From positions 1 through 50,020 of the IMG/VR virus record IMGVR_UViG_3300037781_000013: 50,020 nucleotides of DNA, one strand, 5' to 3'. Made by a program: the position numbers and the translations under genes. The number at the start of each line of letters is the position of its first letter. The first letter of the stretch is position 1. The stretch is from a virus (Duplodnaviria > Caudoviricetes). Positions 26,285 through 37,600 of the stretch are shown here, piece by piece. The notes under the pieces were generated by a model, which was not told where the DNA came from, did not search any database, and saw only the letters and a list, made by a program, of their open reading frames with translations.

Positions 26285-26685
26285 TACTTCTCTCTCGCTA
26301 CTCTCTTGTATTTCTCAAAGGAACGCATACCACCTAAGCCAAGCATACCCAACAACACTTGAAGGGTGATGTTTGTATCTATCTGAGGGAACTCTCCACT
26401 GTAACCTGCTACGGTGGCTATAAGCCGTATGAAAGGCTCAAGCAAAGATACGTACAGCAAGGCTATAGCACACACCCACCCTACGAATGGCCTCCAGCCA
26501 GCAACAAACAAACTCTTGCTAGCTGCTTCCACCTTATTAACTTCAATCTGTCCCATGTTAATTTCATGAGAATGGTCTTCAGCCATTGTAGTTATTTCAT
26601 GTGCAAGCTCTCTGGCCTTATCCTTATCTGGTATTACCTTATCCAATATAGATGTAATTGGAGATATTAAAGCTGTCCAACCCAT
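26284..26685 (-). CDS. holin (3TM, GTA-holin-like)
   Basis: ILDKVIPD, N..EA.S.S.FVAGWRP.VGW, LLGMLG.G.MRS.EK. Confidence 0.8.
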   Translation of the reverse strand: MGWTALISPITSILDKVIPDKDKARELAHEITTMAEDHSHEINMGQIEVNKVEAASKSLFVAGWRPFVGWVCAIALLYVSLLEPFIRLIATVAGYSGEFPQIDTNITLQVLLGMLGLGGMRSFEKYKRVAREK

Positions 26686-26912
26686 TACTTTTTATCCTCT
26701 CTGTCTTGCTTTCTCTTACTGTTGTACACACTAACGCCAAGATACACTAGGAATGTACCAACAGCACACATAGCACCAATGCCAGCACTATTGGCATTGA
26801 AATAATCCATTATCACTGTAGCTACGCCACTCACGCCACTCACTCCCATTGCTCCCCTTTCTAACATATCCATAGTTTGCTGAGGAGGCGGCGTATTTAC
26901 TGGTAAACCCAC
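26685..26912 (-). CDS. small membrane protein (holin-like)
   Basis: Two hydrophobic segments and a basic C-terminus, next to the endolysin. Confidence 0.6.
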   Translation of the reverse strand: MGLPVNTPPPQQTMDMLERGAMGVSGVSGVATVIMDYFNANSAGIGAMCAVGTFLVYLGVSVYNSKRKQDREDKK

Positions 26913-27247
26913 ATTACCTCCTCTGGTTTTTCTTCGTCCATATCAACATGCACAAATGTTTTGGCTACACCAATTCTATTAAATCCAACCGAGAGCAACG
27001 CTTCTACTATACGGTGTCTCGCATGACTGTTAGCTGCTGAAATATCTACAGCCAACCCCTTAAGGTGGCTAGAGGTATTGCTACCTCCCACCTTCTCATT
27101 ATGCTCCTTACAACGCCAGCCTGAATTAATAATGAAGGGGACGTTAGCTACACTCCTAGCTTCATCAAGCTTCTCAAGGAACGAATGATTCATATGCTGT
27201 TCCCCACAGCAAGGACATTCAAACTCATCTAAAGTAAAGTTATTCAT
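26897..27247 (-). CDS. endolysin, peptidase M15A family
   Basis: EF.CPCCG, INSG.RC..HN..VGG...S.H..G.AVD, FVHVD. Confidence 0.9.
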   Translation of the reverse strand: MNNFTLDEFECPCCGEQHMNHSFLEKLDEARSVANVPFIINSGWRCKEHNEKVGGSNTSSHLKGLAVDISAANSHARHRIVEALLSVGFNRIGVAKTFVHVDMDEEKPEEVMWVYQ

Positions 27248-29111
27248 TGTTATTGTTTTCCTCCACTACTTCTTCAAGATCAAGAAAGTCATATACAGGG
27301 CTTCCAGCAAGAACACGATCAAGCAGAGTGCGTTTGTCAATGCCTGTCATTTTATTCATAGCTGTTAGAGCCTGATTAACAGGATTGATATATCGCTTGT
27401 TAATAGAAGATACATTGTCCCTAATCTTCTGCTCCTGTGATTTACCATATATAGGAACTCCCTGTTCAGTAGCAGCTACTTTAGGTATAGCTCCATCTTT
27501 CACATTAACAATAACGCCTCGTTTGTCATCCCACTCAAAGTCTACGGCCATCTGGTTTTTATATTCCATATAGTCGTAGCCTCTATACTGCCTGACAGTA
27601 GGAGTACCTCTAGCACTAAACAGGTTGTCATACTGTGCTCCTCTGAGAGCATTAACCATTGTTTGCCCCAAGTTACCTAAATGCACAGCCATAGCTTCTT
27701 GAAGAGCTGGTATAGCCTCTGGAGCAGCATCAAAGATGGGCTTGAAGCTATTAGGATTTGTATTGAGCTGTTTTATAAACTCATTATACACCTCTGGCTT
27801 AATCTCTTCACCGTCTGCTAGCGTTTGAGCTATACGTGTGATTGACTGTGAACTCAAGGGATCAACGCCTTCTCCACCCCTCTCTTCATTCAGCTCCTCC
27901 AGCTGTAGAACAACGTCTCTCATAACTGCTTGCATAGACTCAGCGTTTAGCTGAGCCTGAGACTTAGGAGGTATTGCTCTATACTCATCACTAGTCAGCA
28001 TGGTATTAACGAGGTCTTTGTTCCCTTTCAAGAACTCGGTCTGAAGAGAGTCAGATATTGCTACACCCCTGTCTGATAAAACATCAATAGTTATTGACGT
28101 AGCATCATCTAGGTTCTCCCTATTAACCATAGCTATACGAAGTCTCCTCTGAGCTTCCACAGCCTCAATGCTGGCTTCCCCTGTCATTACCCTCAGTGCT
28201 TGATCTATTTCTCTAAACCTAGGCTCAATGTAAGTGTTACGCTCGCTCTCAGTCATTCCCACTGTTTCAGAAAGAATGTCGTTCTTACGTTGATCAGCCC
28301 ACTCTTCTACAATAGAGTCAATCTGTTGGAACCTCTCAGGGAATTGATTACGTAACTGTAATATGTCCTCTGTTTTCCAGTTACCTACTACGTCCCCAAG
28401 CTCTTCTTGCATAACTATATTAATGGTTTCTACAGTTTCATCTGAATCTGCTACAGCGTCACGTCTTAAGTTAGCCATACGTAAAGCGAACACGTCCTCG
28501 TCTTCAGCTAAGGCTTTAGCAGCTTCCCTTTCTGCCAGAGTTTCCCTGCGGTTCCTTCTGAATTTGTACTTCTCACGTCCCTCAGGGGTACGTAGTTCAT
28601 CAGGAAGAACACCAAGAGAGTTAGCATCATTCTCAATAGCTAGTCTATAGCGTTCAGCTTCATCCATTTGCTCTTGCTGTTGAGCCATCAGAGTTCCTAT
28701 ATTACTTCCTCCAATAACACTCTCAGCACGTTGTCTAAACTGCTGTGCTAGTCCGGGAGTGCGTGAGATGTGCTCCTTAACCAAAGCTCTAGCTCTAGCT
28801 TCAAACTCAGCCCTTCGTCCAGTGGCAGTGGCCATTTGGTCAAACTTCCTAAGACGCTCACCCAAGTCATCAATCTGAGCAACCTCATTTGCTGTGAGTT
28901 GCTGCTCATTAATTAGGGCTTGTTCTTCTTGTTGCACCATCTCATTAACGTCTTTAAACAAAGAGCGTTCAGCACCTATTTGATAAGCAGCTGCTCCCAC
29001 ATTCCCAAGGAAACTAACAGCATTGCCCACGCTATTATCCACAACACCTCCTGTGGAGCCTAGACCTCTTGTGTTAGGTTCTGGAACATTCTGTGGCAAT
29101 AGATTAGCCAT
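27240..29111 (-). CDS. internal virion (ejection) protein
   Basis: Helical 623-aa protein in the ejection-protein slot. Confidence 0.6.
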   Translation of the reverse strand: MANLLPQNVPEPNTRGLGSTGGVVDNSVGNAVSFLGNVGAAAYQIGAERSLFKDVNEMVQQEEQALINEQQLTANEVAQIDDLGERLRKFDQMATATGRRAEFEARARALVKEHISRTPGLAQQFRQRAESVIGGSNIGTLMAQQQEQMDEAERYRLAIENDANSLGVLPDELRTPEGREKYKFRRNRRETLAEREAAKALAEDEDVFALRMANLRRDAVADSDETVETINIVMQEELGDVVGNWKTEDILQLRNQFPERFQQIDSIVEEWADQRKNDILSETVGMTESERNTYIEPRFREIDQALRVMTGEASIEAVEAQRRLRIAMVNRENLDDATSITIDVLSDRGVAISDSLQTEFLKGNKDLVNTMLTSDEYRAIPPKSQAQLNAESMQAVMRDVVLQLEELNEERGGEGVDPLSSQSITRIAQTLADGEEIKPEVYNEFIKQLNTNPNSFKPIFDAAPEAIPALQEAMAVHLGNLGQTMVNALRGAQYDNLFSARGTPTVRQYRGYDYMEYKNQMAVDFEWDDKRGVIVNVKDGAIPKVAATEQGVPIYGKSQEQKIRDNVSSINKRYINPVNQALTAMNKMTGIDKRTLLDRVLAGSPVYDFLDLEEVVEENNNNE

Positions 29112-32100
29112 TATTCATCTTCTCCGAAAATAGAAGTAGTAAGTTTTTCATCCAACAACATCTGAGCATGTTCCTCAGACAGTCCCATGTCCATCATGGA
29201 CTTAATGATGTCCTCGTATCCATAAGTGTTATCAAGGTAGAACCTAGAGGCTCTATCCATCAAGCTGTCCTGTGTACCAGCTCGTTGATTAACAATCTGG
29301 TTATAACGCATCAACACTTGATCCCAATCTTGAGGAGCAAGAGACGCTTTATATACATTAAACACTGTAGTAGCTTCTGACAAAAGAATAAGCTCTGCTT
29401 CTCTTCCCACTTCAGGGAGAGACGCTTGATCAACTTCCCTAAGGATAGCGTCATACATCTCAGCAGCGGTGTCATCCACCCATTTAGCTTTCTCTTCAAT
29501 GGTTTCCCACACTTCAAAAGCAGCTTGTTGCTTGTAGCCCTGAACACCTGTAAGCATAGCTACTGCTTGCTCCGTAGTGTTGGAAGGTATACCTAGATGT
29601 TGTCCATGCCTGTCAAGCCATTGTTTCATCTTCATGCCTTCCATACCTCTCAGGAGGTTGGTGGCACCAGAAGTGATACGAGGGAAAGCTAATGCAATCT
29701 CTCTAGCTTGCTCTGGTGTAAGCTCAACATCATCATTAACCATCACACCCTTAAGTGTAGCTATGGTGTTTACAGCTTGTCCTACACGGCTATTAGCCCA
29801 TCCATCCTTGTTATATACAAGAGTAGCAGTGGGGCCAAGGAACATTTCAATAACGCTCTTATCAGCTCCACCAAGCTCTGTGAAGAGCCTAGTGATTGTG
29901 TCTGTCCACCCACTACCAGCAGCAATGCTGTTAGCAGCAGCCAAGTCTGTCTCTTCTCCTGTAATAGCTTGGAGAGCAGCATTAAATGTTAAATCATAAA
30001 GCCCACCGTACAGCATGTGTTTTTGGGTTTCATCTGTTATAACAATGTTATTATCTGCTAGGATGTTATTAACCACCTCAGCAATACCCCAACCACTTGT
30101 ACCATATAGCAGGGCTTGTCCCATGAATATACGTCTGCTCTCAGCAATAGTGAGGGCTTTATTACCAATTTTATCTCCACCTACCCATGTCATCCACCGT
30201 ACACCAGAAGCCCAAGCTTTATGTTGGATGGACAAGAACTGTGTAGCAAGAGACAGCACACCACGTTGATAGCCATACGCACCGACTTGAGTCATACCTA
30301 AAGCCAGCTGTCTAGCTCTCTCATGTATCTCTGCCTTAGCAGCTTTTGTGGTGGCATCCCTGCCTTTGTTAGCAAGCTTCCATTCTCTATAAGCAAAGGC
30401 ATAAGAAGACACAATGTTAAATCTCTCCCCTGCATCAAAACCCATACCTTTAACAAAGCCAGCTGTCTTACTGAAGCCGTTATGTACTTTCTGTCCTAAC
30501 CAACCAGCACCTTGTTTGTACTCTCTCTGAATACTAAACATAGCGTCCATACCTAGCAAGTGACTATCTACACCTTCCACTAGCCCACTCTCTTCTAGAG
30601 CCTCGACCATACGTACAAACTCATCCTCAGGTAAACCAGCAGCTTTAGCTAGTCCTGACATAGAAACATCCTTACCTTCAGCTCTAGCTGTCTTAGCCAT
30701 GATCATCCAAGGAGCTTGGCGAATTGAGGCTGCTACACCTGTAGGAGATATACCACTAAGAAACAATATCTGTTGGCTCTGTACAAACAACTGCCTGAAA
30801 GGATTGAAAGCAATAGTGGCTAGGAACGTAGTACCACGCATCCAGCTGAGAGGATCACGTCCACGGGATTTAGTTCTTAAGTAGTGTCCTACAGCAGCGT
30901 TGCCTGTGCTATCCTCTACCCATTCACCAAACCGGAATGCGCTCTTCTTCCACCATTCAGCATTAATACCACTCCTACGAGCCATGTTCATATAGTCCCA
31001 AGCAGCTCTAGCCTTCTGTACTTCATCTGTAACACCCTTAGTCGGGTGTACAATGCCCTTGGCTTCAGTGGGAATCTGGTGCTTAGTGAGGTGTCCCCAA
31101 CGCTCTACAAAGCGTCTCTCCATTAGATTGAGGACAGGCTCAAAATCAATGCGCCTAGCTACATCACCAGCAACCTTCAATATACCACTAACAACATCGT
31201 TAGTGTCTGCTAGCTCATGAATACCATTCCTGAAGTCTTGTAATTGTTCTCCTCGTTTAGAGAAATACAACCCACCATTAGTGTGCTCAATATCAAGCTC
31301 CATGTACTTCCTGTCTACAGCTGAAAGCTCTCTAGCCAATTGATAGTCCACTTCCAAGTCTGGATATTGCTTCTGCACTTCAGCTATGGCCTCATCCAAA
31401 TCGCTCTTGTTCCTTACAGCCATTCTAGCTGTGATGGGCATAGAATCTTTAGACAAAGACTTCCCATCCATAGAGAAGCTAGTTGGTCTGGTTACAATGA
31501 AGTAGTCTGTTTCATATTGCCGGGGAACATAGCCCTCAATACGATTTAGCACCTGCTCTGGCCTAGCCTTAAGGGCAGCCTTGCTGTCCACCATAACCAC
31601 TTTAGTTCCCTGATCACCTGCCTTAACAACACTACGAGCCTCAACAAACTGTGTATTGTTCTCTAGGTGTCGGGCTATATCCTCAGGAGAAAGCCTCTCC
31701 ACAGCCTTTGTGGTAGGATTGTAAGCATGTGTAATATTAGATATGTCCTCATCAGACATAGTTTTAACAAAGTCTACAACCTCTCCTGCACCGTCTTCTA
31801 CGACCTTGGTGAAACCATCGGCATCTAGCCTAGCTGCAAAAGCCCTGTTGTTCAGTACGAACGTGGAATCAAATAAGTTACGTACAGAGATGTAGCCTTC
31901 TACAACCTGCTGAATATCTGTGTCTGTGAGCTTTCCAGAGATGCTGTCCAGCTCTCCAATAATCTCATCCACTGTGAATGTCTTACCATCAGACGCACCC
32001 TTACCTCTTCCTTTCTCAAGGAGAGCTACAGCTAAGTCTCTGTTCTTGCTCTTGGCTCTAATAAAAGGCTGTATCATATCAATCATAGCCTTCTTGCTTC

Positions 32101-33940
32101 CACCAACTACGTCAAAAGCACGATAGAATTGTCCAGAGAGTTCCTTGCTAAATCCAGCACTAATATCACCAATATACTTAGCTTTAGTTCCTGTCAGCAT
32201 TACATCATCAGGATTGAATACAGTGTGTGTTCCTGCTTTATAATCATCCACAAACCTAACGTCCACAAAGTATTCAGTGAACCTTGGAGTAGGATTCTCT
32301 GCCTCATCCTTTATATACTTGGGTAGGTTTTTATACAGAGGTGGCTTCTTACCAGCGGGTAGGGTTTGTCTCCACTTATCGTACTTCTTAGGAGACTCCA
32401 GAGGAATGTCATCAACGTCCTCTACATCTACTTTATACCTCTCCATAAACCTAGTTTTAACGGGCTGTAGATTGCCCCCACTTACCTCTGAAGGATCAAT
32501 AACAGTGCCATCGTAGTCTCTTGCTACCACTCTCACCTGAGCATTAGCTGGAACATCTGCTTTGATTCTCTCTGCTGCTTGTACAGCTTCAAGGGATGTA
32601 TAACCCTCTTCACTGCTCTTACCAAAGCGTGAATTAATAATTACACCATCTTCTGTGTGTATCACTTCAGAAGCATTATCCCATCTAACCCCTTTACCAA
32701 GGCGTTCCATGCTTGCAATTCTGTTATTAACCTGTGCTACCTTCTCTGTCTCTGTGAGGTAGGTGGACAAATCAACACGCTTGTTAGCTATAATGTCAGC
32801 TGTACGCATTTGACGTTCATAGAACTTCTTGCTCATAAAGGGCATAGAGCTACGAGCACCAATCTCGGACAATATAGCCTCTTGTACGGCATCTTCTTTC
32901 TTAATGCCAGCCTTAGCAGCAGCCACTCCTGAATCGTCCATAATCACTTCTGAGCGAGCCTGAGCACCCGCCTTAGGATCAATCCTATCTAGCTGAGATA
33001 CATTGGATTCTTTAGACGCATCCTTAACCCCATACTTAAGTGTCTTACCTAGATTGGCTGTGTTTCTCACCACCTGTCCTAGAGCTACGACATCAAGCAC
33101 AGAGATGACATTACGCAAGTCGTTACCATCAAAACCTTCTTCTACCACAGGCTCCATAGTACGGGACAGGGTGTCATGGATAATACCAACCCTAATCCAA
33201 TCGTTGTCTGTGAGAATGCCTGAATTCTCTTGAGCCTTTTCTACCACCCACTTAGCAACTTGGCGTTGCTCCTGTGGAGGCAAGTCCTCAATCCATCGTG
33301 CCATGTTGTCCAGCACAGTACCGGGAGCAAAGAAACTCTTCACACCACTACCAAAGTCCTGTCCTGTAGCTTCCTCCATAGACTTCTCAAACTTAGCTAC
33401 AGAAGCAGCGTCTACGAAAGGAACAACACCCTCAATGAATTCAAGGATTAAGCTTCCAGCATTGTCATCAAGCTCAAGGCTCTCATAGTATTCGTCCTTA
33501 GCCTTGCCTACTAGAGCTTTCTCCTTCTCCATCATTTCAAATATAGACTCTTCATCCACAAGCTTGTCTGGATGACGTGCTGCTATATATTGATAGAGAG
33601 AGGCTTCATTGAGAAGCTCTATATCATCACTGTCAGTTTTTCGTTTCTCTAACACTTCAACAGCCGTAGGAGCATCTAAAGTGGAAGCCACTTCGCCTGC
33701 AATAGCTGTTTTATGGTGCTTATCTTCTTGCCTCAGCCTTGATACGGTGTTATGTAGTTCCTCACTCTGTCCTAAGGCATACAAGTCAGCACTAACCTTT
33801 TCGCTAGAAGCCTCCCCACCAGAAGCTATAGCTAGCTTAGTGCCTGTGCTTTCAGCGGCTTCACGGCTCCAAGGAGCACGTTCTACGTCTTTTTCTTCTA
33901 AGTCGGCTTCGTCGTAGCCTTTATAAACATCGTATGGCAT
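29111..33940 (-). CDS. large internal virion (ejection) protein
   Basis: 1609 aa; position and size like T7 gp16 analogues; one-mismatch dyad at 30038-30052. Confidence 0.65.
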   Translation of the reverse strand: MPYDVYKGYDEADLEEKDVERAPWSREAAESTGTKLAIASGGEASSEKVSADLYALGQSEELHNTVSRLRQEDKHHKTAIAGEVASTLDAPTAVEVLEKRKTDSDDIELLNEASLYQYIAARHPDKLVDEESIFEMMEKEKALVGKAKDEYYESLELDDNAGSLILEFIEGVVPFVDAASVAKFEKSMEEATGQDFGSGVKSFFAPGTVLDNMARWIEDLPPQEQRQVAKWVVEKAQENSGILTDNDWIRVGIIHDTLSRTMEPVVEEGFDGNDLRNVISVLDVVALGQVVRNTANLGKTLKYGVKDASKESNVSQLDRIDPKAGAQARSEVIMDDSGVAAAKAGIKKEDAVQEAILSEIGARSSMPFMSKKFYERQMRTADIIANKRVDLSTYLTETEKVAQVNNRIASMERLGKGVRWDNASEVIHTEDGVIINSRFGKSSEEGYTSLEAVQAAERIKADVPANAQVRVVARDYDGTVIDPSEVSGGNLQPVKTRFMERYKVDVEDVDDIPLESPKKYDKWRQTLPAGKKPPLYKNLPKYIKDEAENPTPRFTEYFVDVRFVDDYKAGTHTVFNPDDVMLTGTKAKYIGDISAGFSKELSGQFYRAFDVVGGSKKAMIDMIQPFIRAKSKNRDLAVALLEKGRGKGASDGKTFTVDEIIGELDSISGKLTDTDIQQVVEGYISVRNLFDSTFVLNNRAFAARLDADGFTKVVEDGAGEVVDFVKTMSDEDISNITHAYNPTTKAVERLSPEDIARHLENNTQFVEARSVVKAGDQGTKVVMVDSKAALKARPEQVLNRIEGYVPRQYETDYFIVTRPTSFSMDGKSLSKDSMPITARMAVRNKSDLDEAIAEVQKQYPDLEVDYQLARELSAVDRKYMELDIEHTNGGLYFSKRGEQLQDFRNGIHELADTNDVVSGILKVAGDVARRIDFEPVLNLMERRFVERWGHLTKHQIPTEAKGIVHPTKGVTDEVQKARAAWDYMNMARRSGINAEWWKKSAFRFGEWVEDSTGNAAVGHYLRTKSRGRDPLSWMRGTTFLATIAFNPFRQLFVQSQQILFLSGISPTGVAASIRQAPWMIMAKTARAEGKDVSMSGLAKAAGLPEDEFVRMVEALEESGLVEGVDSHLLGMDAMFSIQREYKQGAGWLGQKVHNGFSKTAGFVKGMGFDAGERFNIVSSYAFAYREWKLANKGRDATTKAAKAEIHERARQLALGMTQVGAYGYQRGVLSLATQFLSIQHKAWASGVRWMTWVGGDKIGNKALTIAESRRIFMGQALLYGTSGWGIAEVVNNILADNNIVITDETQKHMLYGGLYDLTFNAALQAITGEETDLAAANSIAAGSGWTDTITRLFTELGGADKSVIEMFLGPTATLVYNKDGWANSRVGQAVNTIATLKGVMVNDDVELTPEQAREIALAFPRITSGATNLLRGMEGMKMKQWLDRHGQHLGIPSNTTEQAVAMLTGVQGYKQQAAFEVWETIEEKAKWVDDTAAEMYDAILREVDQASLPEVGREAELILLSEATTVFNVYKASLAPQDWDQVLMRYNQIVNQRAGTQDSLMDRASRFYLDNTYGYEDIIKSMMDMGLSEEHAQMLLDEKLTTSIFGEDE

Positions 33941-33943
33941 TAA

Positions 33944-34390
33944 TTACTCTGTAATTAGTGAATCACCCCACAAGCTCAAACCACGCTGGCCAATTTCACC
34001 AACGGCACTAGCTGTATTAGCTTGAGATGTGTATTTAGCTGCTTGACCTCTAGCACCACTAATAGTGGTGTTATAAGCGTTAAGTGTGTTTAAATAGCCT
34101 AAATTACTGGCTACAGTGGAGGTTAGGCCGCCTCTTGCTCCTTCCAACCCACTACTATCCAGTATACCTGCCTGTTGAGCATTAGCTGTCTGGACAGCAC
34201 GTAACCGTATGGCTTCAGCTGCTTGCTTACGCCTCTCCCTGTTCATCTTAATTTGTTGTATCTTTTCCTGCGCTCTGCTGGCTTTACGTTGCTGCTTATA
34301 AGCTTTACGTTGCTTATAAATACCAACGCCTGTGCCAACGGCTGTGGCTCCAGCAGATATATAGGCCAGTGTTGTTGCTTCTAATCCCAT
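33944..34390 (-). CDS. internal virion protein (T7 gp14-like)
   Basis: Hydrophobic Ala/Gly N-terminus followed by a Gln/Arg-rich helix. Confidence 0.65.
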   Translation of the reverse strand: MGLEATTLAYISAGATAVGTGVGIYKQRKAYKQQRKASRAQEKIQQIKMNRERRKQAAEAIRLRAVQTANAQQAGILDSSGLEGARGGLTSTVASNLGYLNTLNAYNTTISGARGQAAKYTSQANTASAVGEIGQRGLSLWGDSLITE

Positions 34391-34687
34391 TTATAGCTCC
34401 TGTCTATAAACAATAGCATTACTAATTTTCAATATAGCATAAAATCCAAAACTTTGTGACAGCTTGTGCACAGCAATAGGTTCCTCTGTAGCTATAATTG
34501 CAAACACTTCGTTGTGTCCTTTGTCTTTCAGTATGTCCTTCACTCTATCCCACACCCATTTCCACTCTTTATACTGAGAAAGCGTTAGTGTGTTATCTCC
34601 TACGTTAAGGTGTACTAAACAATGTCCTGTATCGTTCTGTTCCAGTTCCAGCTGGCAATTATCATCCTGAGCCACTACATATCTCAT
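34391..34687 (-). CDS. putative GNAT-like protein (T7 gp13 position)
   Basis: Synteny; KL.Q.FGF motif. Confidence 0.5.
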   Translation of the reverse strand: MRYVVAQDDNCQLELEQNDTGHCLVHLNVGDNTLTLSQYKEWKWVWDRVKDILKDKGHNEVFAIIATEEPIAVHKLSQSFGFYAILKISNAIVYRQEL

Positions 34688-37600
34688 GGGTTGTCCTCCA
34701 CTTCTACTAGGTAGGCCCATCCAAGTATTTGCATATCTTTACCAGCCTCGCTATCCATTCTGAGAGCTAATGCTTTACCACTCCCTCTCACTCTGTTCTG
34801 TGTTGTTACAACATCAAACCCATAAGAATAAGGGTCTGTGTCTGTATCGGGGATGAAAGCATTGCGGAGCCTGTAGGCTTGCTTCTGCTCACTCCATTTG
34901 CCTCTGTCTGAGGAATTAGCCCATCCCCATCTACCTCTTAGCAAGCAGCCTGATTGGTTCTCAAACCCACTAGCTGTTGTGTACGAAGTTTCTGTAGGAA
35001 CAAAGTGCATGAATATTTGACCTAAACGCTTCTGCCTTTGTGTGTCTCCATACGTGCTAGCTCCTGTAACAATATAAGCTGCTGCATCATTATCACTCCA
35101 GTCTTGGAAGTCTGTGTTGTAATAGTGACCAAAACTTATTCCGTAGTTACTTCCAACAGCGTTAGGCTTCACTACTAAGTATTTAGTTTGTGTAGTACCC
35201 GATGTCCTAGCTGCTTCAGTTAATAGTACATCACGGTCAACTGTAGAGATGACATCCCCCGGCTGTAGTAAGTCCCACGCCAGCGCACTACTAGAAGCAC
35301 CACTAGTGTCTCTGTTATAATACAGGATAGGCATTTGGATAGGCTGATCCTTCTCCACCAAGAAGGCTTTGTGTATCCTTGATGTTGTAAATGGAACAAT
35401 ACCTGAACTAAAATCTGTACCTTCTATAGTGCCTGTAGGTGAAGTAAGATTGTCTATCCATGCTGTGTCATACTGTGATCCAGCTGATTCAAACACTATC
35501 CTAGAGTCGGCCTCATCATCTTCGTTGCCGGGATCAAAAGCTATTTCTTCTGGAGCCGACACATTCATTTCAGTGAACCAAGACCCATCGTCTACCCACT
35601 GACTATCTGTAATGCTTAAGTCACTTACATCAAAGATTTCTACAGCATATCTACTAGTGCCATTACGTGTGTCCAACAACACTACTAACTTACCGTCTAC
35701 TACTCCACACTTCTCTGCCAGAGCTACAGACGTGTAATCCAGCCCTGATGTATCAGCGAAGTCTGTATTAACTTCTTGTCTTTCTAGCACCAAATCACCA
35801 GTGCTCATATTATACTTCTGTATAGTTATGTAATGTGATTGGTTCCCTGAACCAAATAGAAATACGTAAAAGAATCCGTCTTTCTGACAAGCAATGAAGT
35901 AATTAGTAGCACTTCCATATATATTAGCTAAGTTAGAAGCATCATCAAACACTTTATCTGTTTGGTGGCAATTAGTAAGAGCTTCATTAACTAATGTGTC
36001 TGGAGAACCCCCACCACTACCGTCTGGATAAACAAGAACGTATTTAGATACTATTTCAGAAGAATCTTCTCGTAGTAACCTGTAACAAAAAGCCCCTTTA
36101 TCTGATACAAATGCTCTACAAGGCTCAAAGTAATAGCTATATCCTATATTACCCTGATACCAGCTCCCTTGACCAGTGACACCCTCAGGTATGATACCTC
36201 CGGGAAGTCCACCATCAACGTCAGTGGTAATAGTAGAGATGTAGGTTGGTGTAGTTGCTGGCTTTTTCATTTGCCAGTGTTCTACATCAATGTCAGGGGG
36301 ATTCCAAGAGCCACCATTCAGAGTGGAACCTTCATCCCATATATACATCCCATCACCAGCACTAGCTCCTGTAGCTACCCAAGGGCCAGAGTCGTAAGAC
36401 TGTGAACTGCCTGAGGGGAAAGTGCTAGAGGACTCTTCCCAATCTTCTGCTGCTATGCTCTCGTAACTATAGTCATCAGGCAACTTTACTATAACCTGAA
36501 TGTCTGAAGACTCTACTAGGTTATTTACAGTGGTGGTTGTGAAGCCTTCTGTTTGAGAATAACCTGAGAGAAACGGACTATCGCTGTCTGCATCTACAAT
36601 GTCATTTACATACCAAGCACTTAACACTGTGTCAAGTATTAACTCTTTATTATAAGAATAAGGCAGTGTAACCCCATCATAATCAGAGTCGTTGTTGTAC
36701 AACCACTTAACTTTTCTTTCCAGTTTGTCGTAAAAACCTGTGGCAGTGGTACGAGCTATACTATTAATATCCTCATAAAGAGTTTGTATAACATTTTCAG
36801 TTATGTTTTGTGCATTTAGAGTTCCGCTGATTTGGTCTGGAGTTAAGGCATAAATACCTCCCTCAGCCCAATACATAATACCTGACTCTACATTAACAAT
36901 ACTCTGCTTACCTACAACACCTACATCTGAGATTTTAGTGATTCTGTAGTCATCTGCCCTAAAGCCACCATCTGTACCTGAGATGCTCCACACACCATTC
37001 TCAGACAGCACTACTAACTGGTTGCCAATTACACGTAAGTCAACAATAAAACCTGCTTCTGGTATCCTAACAGTCCCACCGTCTGTCGCTACAAGCTCTG
37101 AGAAGTCCTCTGAAGTAGGATCAGCTTCTTGATAACATTTCTCAAATGCATCATCATTCTCTATAATCTGTGTAAAGAAGAGCATACCAGAATAGCTAGG
37201 GCTTCTGTCGTCTCCTCCTGATATAACAGACAGTACACCTGAATACCAGATGCGTCCTGAGTAGGATTCTACAACACTTATTTTACCTAGTTCTGCGTCA
37301 GCTGGAATTGATCCTGCGACATCTGATTCTGTCTTTCTACTTCCACTTCTACTAAAAGCGTCTATAATAAACTTACCTTTAGCAGCAGGAGTTGTGCCTA
37401 GCAGCTGACGCTCTAAGTTAAATGGCCAGTAGGATCGAAGTACATGTGCTTCATCTGCTGTTTCAGTTAAATTAGCCCATATAATATCAGCATTACTTGG
37501 GAACCAACCAAACCTACCGTTAGTGTAGTTTACGGGATCAGTCTCAGTAGTTTCCGTAAATGTCGAGTTGTCTCTCCCTGCTGTATTAATAGTGAAAGTG

